From positions 1,184,001-1,248,000 of the forward strand of contig OY970195.1 of NCBI GenBank assembly GCA_963708185.1: a stretch of 64,000 nt of DNA. Direction: 5' to 3'. The notes beneath the pieces were generated by a model, which saw only the letters and a list, made by a program, of their open reading frames with translations, did no database searches and was not told the DNA's origin. Origin of the DNA: Candidatus Peregrinibacteria bacterium. GTDB lineage: Bacteria; Patescibacteriota; Gracilibacteria; UBA1369. Each line of letters opens with the position of its first letter. Position 1 is the first letter of the stretch. The position numbers and the translations under genes were made by a program. Below, in pieces: positions 40,496 to 49,139 of the stretch.

Positions 40496-41224
40496 TTATG
40501 GGTGTTGAGTGAACGTAAAGGTGAGCTGGCTCTGGTAATTTCCGGCCTGGGTTCCAATTGGTAGATTAGCACGTAAGACCATGCCGACGCTATATGTTCC
40601 TATGTTGGGCAAGGTTCCGACGGAGGTTCTTTCCATGATCGTTACCGGTAGACTTTCCGATCCCGAGTCGGCGGGATCCGGATCACCGCTGTCGATGGGG
40701 AAAGCGGTAAAGTTGGCGGCGTTGATCGAATCTGGATTGGTGACGACGTCAGTGTAGTCGCCGGACGTCGGTTTGTAGTCCAGCAGTGCGGTCACGTTGT
40801 TCGGACCTGCCGGAGCGTTATTGGCGCCGCTGTCCACGCTGTCGGTGTTGTTCTGGGTGAAGGTAAGCATGCTGAAATCGGTGTAGGGAAGCACGGATGG
40901 AGAGGTCGGATTGGTGTCGTCTTCCGGGTTCTGGAGTGAGACGTCCACACGGAAGGTATCGCCGACGGCCTGGTCGATGACGGCGATCTTTTTGTTGTAA
41001 TCGTTACTGCTCGGGTCAAGCACGACAGACGTTTGCGCCGGTGTACTCGGCTGCACAATTGTCCGGTTGAAAGTGAGCGGATCAATATTGTGGAGACCGA
41101 GCAGACCGCTGTTGACAGCCATGCTGACCTGCTGCTGGTCAGCAACCACTTTGCCCGCGACGAGCAGATTAAGACTTGCCAGAATGGTTAATCCGATGCC
41201 GAGTTTTTGGAGTTTTTTCATCAT
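40496..41224 (-). CDS. Small WxL-like secreted protein
   Basis: Signal peptide; V.SG.L.L…LTF; IAVIDQ…FRV; ends LPIGTQAGNYQSQLTFTF. Confidence 0.7.
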   Translation of the reverse strand: MMKKLQKLGIGLTILASLNLLVAGKVVADQQQVSMAVNSGLLGLHNIDPLTFNRTIVQPSTPAQTSVVLDPSSNDYNKKIAVIDQAVGDTFRVDVSLQNPEDDTNPTSPSVLPYTDFSMLTFTQNNTDSVDSGANNAPAGPNNVTALLDYKPTSGDYTDVVTNPDSINAANFTAFPIDSGDPDPADSGSESLPVTIMERTSVGTLPNIGTYSVGMVLRANLPIGTQAGNYQSQLTFTFTQHP

Positions 41225-41922
41225 GTCGTTGAGTCAGCTAAGGTCCAGGTCAGAGTCGTGGTATACGATCCCGCGGCCTGGTAGGCGGGGATGTAGAGCA
41301 TGGCTGAACTTCCCACGTCCATGATGCCGATGCGTCCGGTGCTGGAAGAAAGCGTACCATTCAGTACGTCCACGGGAGTGGCGGTATCGAGGATGTTGTT
41401 GGAAACAGAGGTGAAGGTTGCTTCATCAGAAAAGTCCGTTGCCGCGGTATTGACGAGGGCGGTGACGTCCTCAGGTCCACTGAAGCCGCTTTCGTAGACA
41501 ACGCCGTTGGTGGTGGTTCCCGAAGCTCCGTTGAAGAGCGGAGAGGTGACGATTCGGAGGTTATCGTCCGGGCTTGCGTTGCTCACAAGAATGCTGTTGG
41601 ATCCGCCGTCGCTGAAATCACCGTTGGCGCTGAGGGTGAGGGTGAAACCTCCCTGTCCGCGCGTGTCCTGAACGGCCAAACGTTTGGCCTGAGGCAGGTT
41701 CCCTGCGGTTGCCGTTGCGTCACTGAAGGTTGCGGTGCGCCCGGTTGGAATGCCCATCGATCCAAAATCAAAACTGCTTGGAAGCGCAATAAATGAAAGG
41801 CTCCCGGAGCGGTTGACGCTCACGGTGCTCGTATTGCTTTGCCCCATCGCAATACCCGTTAACGCCAGGTTGAGCGTTACCGCGATGAAGCTTCCGATGA
41901 TGAGTATTTTTCTTTTTTGCAT
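41221..41922 (-). CDS. Small WxL-domain secreted protein
   Basis: GSLSF…PSSFDFG, LAVQDTRGQGGFTLTLSA, IPAYQAAGSYTTTLTWTL (classic WxL C-terminus); start probably ATG 41922. Confidence 0.82.
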   Translation of the reverse strand: MQKRKILIIGSFIAVTLNLALTGIAMGQSNTSTVSVNRSGSLSFIALPSSFDFGSMGIPTGRTATFSDATATAGNLPQAKRLAVQDTRGQGGFTLTLSANGDFSDGGSNSILVSNASPDDNLRIVTSPLFNGASGTTTNGVVYESGFSGPEDVTALVNTAATDFSDEATFTSVSNNILDTATPVDVLNGTLSSSTGRIGIMDVGSSAMLYIPAYQAAGSYTTTLTWTLADSTT

Positions 41923-41956
41923 ATTTTTGTTTTGATGTTGGGGAGGATTTTTCTGA

Positions 41957-42670
41957 TCAGTCACGTTTTTCTTTCAGTTCTTTGAGCTTTTTTTGTTTTT
42001 CTTTATGCCGGCCTTCGATGTAGTAGGCGATGCCGAGGACAAAGAGGGCGAAAGAAAACCAGAAAGTCGGGGTTTTGGTTGTTTTTAAAAGATTTGCCTG
42101 GAAGTCCCCCGGAAGAGGCTTTGGGTGGTTTGTGACGTTGAGGTAAACAGGAAGAACGATTGCTCCTTTGGTTTTGATTTTTGCCTGGGAAGATTGTTGA
42201 ACAAGACTTTTTTCGAGGGTGATACCGGCATTGTAGTTTTCCGAAAGCTGTGCGTCTTTGGGGACTGAAATGGTAAAGTTGAAGGTTTTTTCTTGGTTTG
42301 GGCCCAGCGTAAATGTGTTTTGATCAAAACTTATCCATGCACTTTCGAGTATTTTTGGAGCATTTTTGTCCAGGAATCTCATGTTGAGATTTTTGTCATA
42401 CCCTGAGGGCACAGCGTAAACTTCGAATGTGGCAGGTGTATCTCCAAGGTTTTTTGCCGTGACCTGGTCGGTAAAGGTGTCGCCCGGCTTGAGTTCAAGG
42501 TACAGTTCTTTTTGATTCTTGAAGGCAGGATTCGCAGAGCTAAAACTGAACCCGTTTGCCGGGTTGCTCTCGGCCGTATTTGTGGATGCCAGCGCAGGGG
42601 CTGCCGCTGACATTGTCGCAAGGACGAATGTCATGATGACGAGCGAGTTTTTGAAGGAAATTTTTTTCAT
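41957..42670 (-). CDS. DUF916-like single-domain membrane protein
   Basis: LELKPGDTFTDQV..KN, VYAV, WISF…LGPNQ…FTISVP…Y.AGI; C-terminal TM. Confidence 0.78.
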   Translation of the reverse strand: MKKISFKNSLVIMTFVLATMSAAAPALASTNTAESNPANGFSFSSANPAFKNQKELYLELKPGDTFTDQVTAKNLGDTPATFEVYAVPSGYDKNLNMRFLDKNAPKILESAWISFDQNTFTLGPNQEKTFNFTISVPKDAQLSENYNAGITLEKSLVQQSSQAKIKTKGAIVLPVYLNVTNHPKPLPGDFQANLLKTTKTPTFWFSFALFVLGIAYYIEGRHKEKQKKLKELKEKRD

Positions 42671-43869
42671 TATTTTTTCTTGGATATCGGCATAAGCAGT
42701 GTTTGTCCTTTCTTCAGTTCGTAGGGGGGGTGCAGTTTGTTGAGGTGGACGATTTTTTTCCAGTTGACCCCTTGTTTCGCCGCTATTGAAGTGATGCTTT
42801 CACCTTCGGCTACGACGTATTTTGTGGAATGGACTTTCTGGGAATGGCCATAGATCAGTTTCACAACGAGAAGGATGATGGCAAGAAGGATGACGCCGCT
42901 CACAATCCAGATCAGCCACCATGGGATGATGGTGAAGGTGACCTCTTTGGTCATGACCTTGGGGTTTGATTTTATCCCGGTGTTAATATTCAAATCCCAA
43001 TAGGTCGTTGTGGCCTTCGCTGTATATTGGCCGTATAAAGGTTTTTTATCCCATGTCAGCGGAATATCGATATTCTGGCCTTGAAAAAGCGTAATGTCAT
43101 TCGTCGTTAAGGTATTTGCCGTTGCCATGTCCTGTAGCTTTTGCTGCTCTTCTTTGGTTGATATGGCAGCGGCCTGCTGTTGGGTGATTGATTGATCAAT
43201 GAGCGACTGGTCAATACCGTCTGGCTGGCCGTAGATTTCCACTTTGGTTTGGAAAATAATCGTTGTGTTGCCATCGTTGGTAAATTTCAGATCGAAAAAC
43301 TGACTGTTCTTTACGTCACTTGAATGGCCAAAGTTCTGCCAGTTAAATTTTGACGTAACTTCCCCTGGCACGGTCACGTAGACTGGTAAAACCGACCTGG
43401 CAACCAGGTTGACCGATGTTCCTTTCCCTGCGCTTGGATTTGGGACGGAAGAAATCACGATACCTCCTGAATATGACCCTGGAGTAACTTGGCCTGGCAG
43501 GGTGATGTCAAATTGTACCTCCTGTCTGGTATTACCGGGGATCGTTATGGTGTCCGGAGATATGGTTGTCCAGACGCCGATGCCTTTTTGTTTTACATCG
43601 AGTGTTGTTACGGTAAAGGTTCCCTGGCGCGAGAGTACGCCGTCTGCTCCATACAGTTTTACCGTGGCGGGGTCCGGAGAGCTGTTGGAAACAAGGACAT
43701 TGTCCTGGATGGTGTCTCCGGGGTTGGCCTGGTAGTCCAATTGGTAGGCCGAGCCATTGGTTGCCTGGATGCCGAATCCTGCTTGGGTAACGGGCACTGC
43801 GGACACAAACAGACTCGCAATGAGGCCGAATGCGGAAATTTTTGCTGCTAAGCGAGGCATCAGTTTCAT
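42670..43869 (-). CDS. DUF916/DUF3324-like WxL-interacting protein, TM, C-terminal LysM
   Basis: NPGDTIQDNV.V.N, LYGAD, PGSYSGGI; IPW-TM; YVVAEGESITSIA…LN.L. Confidence 0.85.
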   Translation of the reverse strand: MKLMPRLAAKISAFGLIASLFVSAVPVTQAGFGIQATNGSAYQLDYQANPGDTIQDNVLVSNSSPDPATVKLYGADGVLSRQGTFTVTTLDVKQKGIGVWTTISPDTITIPGNTRQEVQFDITLPGQVTPGSYSGGIVISSVPNPSAGKGTSVNLVARSVLPVYVTVPGEVTSKFNWQNFGHSSDVKNSQFFDLKFTNDGNTTIIFQTKVEIYGQPDGIDQSLIDQSITQQQAAAISTKEEQQKLQDMATANTLTTNDITLFQGQNIDIPLTWDKKPLYGQYTAKATTTYWDLNINTGIKSNPKVMTKEVTFTIIPWWLIWIVSGVILLAIILLVVKLIYGHSQKVHSTKYVVAEGESITSIAAKQGVNWKKIVHLNKLHPPYELKKGQTLLMPISKKK

Positions 43870-43960
43870 GGTTTTCGAGGAAAAGAGCTATGTGTTACTT
43901 TCTATTAATTATACACTTTTTTTGAAGTTTTGTGAATACGTTTTGTCTACAATTTAACAC

Positions 43961-43991
43961 AAAAACCCCGGGGTTTTACCCCGGGGTTTTT
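43961..43991 (-). terminator. Rho-independent terminator downstream of 44045..45394
   Basis: AAAAACCCCGGGGT-TTT-ACCCCGGGGTTTTT perfect inverted repeat. Confidence 0.88.
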
Positions 43992-44044
43992 GAACTGAAT
44001 ACTTCATGTGATTTTCTCAGTTGTAACGTCTAAAGCGAATCTAA

Positions 44045-45394
44045 CTATCCAATTCTAAAGTGGGTAGTATTGAGATCGATGACGTCGATTTCCACAGTAC
44101 TGTTCGACGTAAAGTCTACGGCAGAGGTGTAATCGGCTGCACGCTGAACAGTGATATCGGTACCGTTGAGAGCGTTTACAGCTGTTACCAAAACATGTTC
44201 GGTTGCGGTAGTGGCACTACCAGAATCGGTTCCATGGAGGATGAGTGTATCACCAACGTTATAGACCGAGTTGTTAGTCGTCGTCAATGTTGTGGTCGTT
44301 GCATTTACGGTAGCGGGGGCAATTGCGCTTTGAAAGAATTGACCGACAGCATAGACGCTGGTTCCTGCGTTGTATGAACTCGCGGTTGAGTCGAGGAATC
44401 CGCGGACGATGGTAGCGGTGTAAGCAACGTCATCAATTGCTGTTACTTCTACATATTCTCCGCCGATCGCAAAGACTGCCGGAAGGCTGTTGTTCTTGAT
44501 CTGGGTCATAACGGAAACATTTGCAGGGTCCCAATTCATCGTTGTCGCTGAACTGGTAAGAGGCTGTGTTAATTTTGTAACGACATTTCCACAGTTTTCA
44601 GGGGACCAGGTGTACGTAACGGTGGCACTATAATCGCCGGCAGCCTGGTTTGAAGGAACATTTGTCAGAGCCAGCGCGACACCTGAACCGAAACTTGAGT
44701 TCTTGGAAGAACAATATTTCAGTACGTCGATAGGTGTCGTTGGCGTAAGTGCATTCTGGTAGTTGCCAAGATCATATGTAGTTACGTCCCCGTTGTTATT
44801 CAGGACCGGAGTAACGTCAGTTACCTGCTGGGGAGCCGTGACATCGTGGTTGTCACCAGGGTTGTTTACGGAATCTGCAGCTTTGTTGTAAATGACCGTT
44901 CCATCGGTACCATCAAGATTTGGTGACGGGAATAATGTGCTGTATGCCGAATCAGCGTCGATATTGCCGGTTGTTACCAAATAAAACGGAGAACCTGTTG
45001 AAGGGGTAGTGTCGATGATTGAACCAGCACCAGAGGTTTCAAAATCCGTGGCTGTTGCCGTTACGGCACCACCTTCGGTTGTACAACCGTTGGCTCCGCC
45101 ACTTTGATGGTCAGTGACGACCAAAAGATTGTCGCCAGGAATTGATGTTGCACTTCCGATGCTTGTATCGACTGCATTACCACCTGAACCGGCAGTAAGC
45201 GGAGTGAGTGTTACGCTTCCTGCTGTTTGGTTCGGAATGTGATCCAAAGTAACAGCTGGAGGAGGGTTGCCGGCGTTGTACGGACAACCGATCGTTTCGT
45301 TCGCTGTTTGCTGACCGAACGCAAGGCTAGGGAGTAAAAGGTTTGCTGCCAGGGCGATGACGCCTACTGTTGCAGCTATTTGATGTTTTTTCAT
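44045..45394 (-). CDS. Secreted WxL-like protein with two C-terminal beta domains; candidate major subunit
   Basis: Signal peptide; LVVTD…VTATATDF; VPSNQAAGDYSATVTYTW at ~aa 265; Thr/Ser/Asn-rich. Confidence 0.75.
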   Translation of the reverse strand: MKKHQIAATVGVIALAANLLLPSLAFGQQTANETIGCPYNAGNPPPAVTLDHIPNQTAGSVTLTPLTAGSGGNAVDTSIGSATSIPGDNLLVVTDHQSGGANGCTTEGGAVTATATDFETSGAGSIIDTTPSTGSPFYLVTTGNIDADSAYSTLFPSPNLDGTDGTVIYNKAADSVNNPGDNHDVTAPQQVTDVTPVLNNNGDVTTYDLGNYQNALTPTTPIDVLKYCSSKNSSFGSGVALALTNVPSNQAAGDYSATVTYTWSPENCGNVVTKLTQPLTSSATTMNWDPANVSVMTQIKNNSLPAVFAIGGEYVEVTAIDDVAYTATIVRGFLDSTASSYNAGTSVYAVGQFFQSAIAPATVNATTTTLTTTNNSVYNVGDTLILHGTDSGSATTATEHVLVTAVNALNGTDITVQRAADYTSAVDFTSNSTVEIDVIDLNTTHFRIG

Positions 45395-45477
45395 ATTTTG
45401 TTTTGGGTTAGGGGATAAATATGAAAAGGTTTTTTTGAAGTATTAAATTTGTTTTGGGTTTTTTAATGCTTCAGATA

Positions 45478-45506
45478 ATTTTAACAATAAATTCCTAATG
45501 TGTCAA
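45478..45506 (-). promoter_or_regulatory. Near-consensus sigma70 promoter for 44045..45394
   Basis: Minus strand TTGACA-N17-TAAAAT with TGn extended -10. Confidence 0.75.
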
Positions 45507-45550
45507 TAGTGTCATGATATTTTTATGATAAAACCTCCCTTGATTACTGG

Positions 45551-47737
45551 TTATGGGCAGAAGGACGTGCCGTCGGCAATGGTTTTATCAATGATGGTGA
45601 AGGTGATGGTGTTCTGATACGTATCCGCGGGGGTGGTTCCGGGTATCTGCAACAGGAAGGACGGATACACCGTGTAGTTGCCGAGGCGGCCCTGGGAGCT
45701 GCAGGCGGAACCTTCGAAGACGACCATGGGCACGGAGAATCCGGGGTTCATGCTGTCTTCGGTGAACATGGTGTAGTTGGAGGTGTCCGTGGCCGGGGTG
45801 GCGAGGATCGGCGAATAGACGGGAGGAGTGTCGGGCTTGGGGGTTTCGCTGAAAACGGTGCTTGTGGGGGAGAACCTGATCTGGGCATTGGCAACATCCA
45901 GGCCCGAGGTCATGGTGTCGAAAGGCGGGACCGAGGCGAGAACCGGGACGCCGGTGTTGTTGTCGTAGATGGCGATAGTGGGGGTGGTAATAAAGTCAGT
46001 GATCGGCCCGAAGTGGTATTCGATGCGGCCGTCTTTGAAGATGGATACGTTGAATTCGACGTCTCCGGCCGGGTGGCCATCAACGTTGCGGATGTTCGCT
46101 TTCCAGCGAAGATGGACTTCGTTGCTGGAGACTTCATTATAGTAGACGCCGTTGTTCGAATCGAAGGTGCTGTCGGTTTCTGTGGTGAGGGCGTTGCTCG
46201 TGCTCATTTCGTAGTAGGGAAGCATGATGCCGTACGCTCCGCTCGGCGGAGGGCCGGTGTTCTGGCAGACCGCCGTGAAGTCGCTGGGGTTGTAACTGAG
46301 GAGGTCGGCGCCATGGATGACCAGCCCCGACGTACAGATGTAGATGACGTTGCCGGTGTGTCCGTACATGGTGACGTTGAAGGGCAATGTCTGGCTGATG
46401 ACCGCGCCGTTGGCCTGGGAACCCGCGATAAGGGTCCCTTCGCTTGATGAATAGTTGTTATCGAGCTTGTCGGTCTGGCTGTAATCTTCGGTGCCGGTCT
46501 CGAGTTCGGTGAGGGCGCCGAGGTTGCTCACGGCGATGCTGTTGGAAGGGTTGTTTTGACCGACGTAATCGGTGGCGGTCATCTGGACCTCGAAGCCGCC
46601 GGAAAATCTTTTGTCTTCCGCGGTAAGTTTTTCGCCCGGGCCCTGGGCGTTCTGATAGATGGTATTGTAGGTCTGGAAATCGGTGATGGTGATCGGGGGA
46701 AAGTTGAAGTTTGCCGGGACGCTCGTGAGCTGCAGGATTCCCGGGTTGATGATCTCCTCTCCCTGGCCGACACTGGATGTTCCGCCCGGTGCTGCGACCG
46801 GAGCAAAAACCTCGATGCGGAAGTTTCCCTGGTCTGAAACGTACACGTTTCCGGTGGGGCCGAAATCGATGCCGGAGGGACTTTTTGGAGTTTGTCCCGA
46901 TCCGTTGAACTGCCCGTCACCGGATCCGGTTGAGCCGAACTGGGACTGGTAGACGCCGGACGAATCAAAAATCTGGACGCGGTTGTTGCCGGAATCACCA
47001 ACAAGGATGTCTCCGTTAGTGTTGATGGCGACCGAGCTGGGAATGCTGAACTGTCCGTCACCGGATCCGGCAGAGCCGAACTGGGACTGGTAGACGCCGG
47101 AGGAGTTGAATTTTTCAACGCGGTTGTTGTTGCCGTCGGCCACGTAGATGTTGCCGAGGTTATCGAGCGCGATGCCTTTGGGCGCGTTGAACTGTCCGTC
47201 GCCGGCTCCCGCGGTCCCGAACTTGAACTTGAAGGTCCCGGACGAATCGAATTTCTGGACGCGGTTGTTGCTTTCATCAACGACGTAAATGTTACCGGCG
47301 CTGTCGAGTGTCATGGCGCTCGGCCCGTTGAACTGTCCGTCGCCCGTTCCGGCAGAGCCGAATTGGGATTGGTAGACGCCGGAGGAGTCGAATTTTTCAA
47401 CGCGGTTGTCCGTCAGGCCGACGACGTAAATGTTGCCGGCGCTGTCCACGCCGATGCCCCTGGGGTTGGTGAGCCCTCCACTGAACTGTGAGACGTAGTT
47501 CCCGGAAGCGTCGAAGATCTCGATGCGGCTGTTGCCTGCGTCGGTGACGTATACTTTTCCCGCCGCATCAACCGTCAAACCGCCGGTTCCAAAAAGTTGT
47601 CCGTCACCGGATCCGATCGTTCCAAACTGGAAGGAATACGAATAGGGAACACTTTGGGCAAATGCAAAAAACGGAACCGCAAGATTTATCCCGAGGACGA
47701 TGGTGACAATGGCGGTGATCTTTGGGGAAAGTTTCAT
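45551..47737 (-). CDS. Secreted NHL-repeat beta-propeller fused to a WxL-like domain carrying an inserted nidogen-like domain
   Basis: Six NHL repeats (G.GDGQF..P.GI..D..GNIYV.D..NNRV.KF); ends IPGTTPADTYQNTITFTI. Confidence 0.85.
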   Translation of the reverse strand: MKLSPKITAIVTIVLGINLAVPFFAFAQSVPYSYSFQFGTIGSGDGQLFGTGGLTVDAAGKVYVTDAGNSRIEIFDASGNYVSQFSGGLTNPRGIGVDSAGNIYVVGLTDNRVEKFDSSGVYQSQFGSAGTGDGQFNGPSAMTLDSAGNIYVVDESNNRVQKFDSSGTFKFKFGTAGAGDGQFNAPKGIALDNLGNIYVADGNNNRVEKFNSSGVYQSQFGSAGSGDGQFSIPSSVAINTNGDILVGDSGNNRVQIFDSSGVYQSQFGSTGSGDGQFNGSGQTPKSPSGIDFGPTGNVYVSDQGNFRIEVFAPVAAPGGTSSVGQGEEIINPGILQLTSVPANFNFPPITITDFQTYNTIYQNAQGPGEKLTAEDKRFSGGFEVQMTATDYVGQNNPSNSIAVSNLGALTELETGTEDYSQTDKLDNNYSSSEGTLIAGSQANGAVISQTLPFNVTMYGHTGNVIYICTSGLVIHGADLLSYNPSDFTAVCQNTGPPPSGAYGIMLPYYEMSTSNALTTETDSTFDSNNGVYYNEVSSNEVHLRWKANIRNVDGHPAGDVEFNVSIFKDGRIEYHFGPITDFITTPTIAIYDNNTGVPVLASVPPFDTMTSGLDVANAQIRFSPTSTVFSETPKPDTPPVYSPILATPATDTSNYTMFTEDSMNPGFSVPMVVFEGSACSSQGRLGNYTVYPSFLLQIPGTTPADTYQNTITFTIIDKTIADGTSFCP

Positions 47738-47800
47738 ATCCCCATTATACCAAACATTTTTGCGGGTGTGAATGGCAGAAACTGCCTTTTTGCTCCACGA

Positions 47801-48562
47801 CTAGCGGTATCGGTGGAAACGCAGTCTCATGGCGTTGAAGATGAACTCCCAGATATCTTTGTGTCCCAGCTTGGAAACGCCTTTTTTCCTGGAGTGGAAC
47901 AGGATGGGGATTTCAATAATCCTGAGTTTTTTTCTGGTGGCGGCGTGAATGAGCGTCAGCTGGAACGCGTAGCCGTTGGACTTGAGTTGTTCGAGATGGA
48001 GATTTTTGAGGAAATCCGCCTTGATGCAGCGGTAGCCGGAGGTGCAGTCGTTGATGCCTTTGATTCCTGCCAGGATCCTTCCGCCGACGTTGGCGAGCCA
48101 GGAGTAGAGTTTGCGCTTGAACTCCCAGTTGGGGCAGTCCCCGCCGGGGATGTAGCGCGAGCCGATGATGAATTCGTAGCCTTTTTCCGCCATTTTGAGG
48201 AAGCGCGGAATGTCCCCCGGATCATGCTGGAAGTCCGCGTCCATCTGGAAGATGTAATCGGGACGGAGGTGTTTGATGGCGTAGGAAAATCCCCGTTTGT
48301 AGGCTTCGCCAAGACCTTTTTTGTTTCCGTTGAGGAGGTGGAGATTGGGGCGGTCCTTTTGGAGCGCTTCCACGGCTTCGGCCGTTTTGTCCGGCGAACG
48401 GTCGTCCACCACCAGAATGTGCATGGACCAGCCGGGAACTTTCTGAAAAATTTTTTCCAGGGCTTCGATAAGCCGCCCGATGTTTTCCCTTTCGTTGTAG
48501 GTCGGAAGGACGATGACCGCCGTTTTTTGGCTTTGTTGAGGGCTGTGGTAGAATGCTGTCAT
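47801..48562 (-). CDS. Polyprenol-monophosphomannose synthase-like GT2 (DPM1/Ppm1 type)
   Basis: LPTYNEREN, VVDDRSPDKT, GLG.AY..GF, QMDADFQHDP, IGSRY..GG, DCTSGYR, GYAFQ. Confidence 0.9.
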   Translation of the reverse strand: MTAFYHSPQQSQKTAVIVLPTYNERENIGRLIEALEKIFQKVPGWSMHILVVDDRSPDKTAEAVEALQKDRPNLHLLNGNKKGLGEAYKRGFSYAIKHLRPDYIFQMDADFQHDPGDIPRFLKMAEKGYEFIIGSRYIPGGDCPNWEFKRKLYSWLANVGGRILAGIKGINDCTSGYRCIKADFLKNLHLEQLKSNGYAFQLTLIHAATRKKLRIIEIPILFHSRKKGVSKLGHKDIWEFIFNAMRLRFHRYR

Positions 48563-49139
48563 GGACGAAAAAATTTCAGCAATACTGCGCAAACTTGAAC
48601 AGGTTCCCGAGCGGGGTCATACCTTCTGGAACGTTCCTCCTGAAACCGGTAAATTTTTGAATATTCTTACAGGAGCGGTGAATGCCCGGAAGGTTTTGGA
48701 AGTCGGAACTTCCAACGGATACTCAGGATTGTGGTTTGCTGAGGCATTATCACATACGGGTGGTAAATTGTATACCGTTGAATCGCACCGGGAACGTTTC
48801 GAACTGGCCCGGCAGCATTTTGGTGAGGCGGGAGTTACGGAATGGGTTCAGCAGGTCCCGGGGCACGCTCCGGAAGTTTTTGCGCAGCAAGAGTTCTCCG
48901 GCATTTTTCTTGCGGACTCTTTCGATCTGATTTTTCTGGATGCCACGAAAATGGAATACGCTTCTTATGTTGAGGCCGTGCTGCCTTTGCTGAAAAAAGG
49001 AGGCGTGCTCTTGGCGGACAACGTGATTTCGCACGCCGGTGAACTCGGCGATTTTCTGGCGAAGGTTCAGGAAAAAAAGGAGCTTTCAGCGGTAACGCTT
49101 CCACTGGGCAGCGGGGTGTTGATGGCGCTGCGGAGCTGA
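48561..49139 (+). CDS. SAM-dependent O-methyltransferase (Methyltransf_3 type)
   Basis: VLEVGTSNGYSGLW, FDLIFLDA.K, GGVLLADN. Confidence 0.92.
   Translation: MDEKISAILRKLEQVPERGHTFWNVPPETGKFLNILTGAVNARKVLEVGTSNGYSGLWFAEALSHTGGKLYTVESHRERFELARQHFGEAGVTEWVQQVPGHAPEVFAQQEFSGIFLADSFDLIFLDATKMEYASYVEAVLPLLKKGGVLLADNVISHAGELGDFLAKVQEKKELSAVTLPLGSGVLMALRS

Noticed and set aside
46850-47460. DNA-level repeats as diversity-generating retroelement TR/VR
   Set aside because: They are NHL coding repeats; no adenine-specific mismatch pattern noticed and no reverse transcriptase in the window
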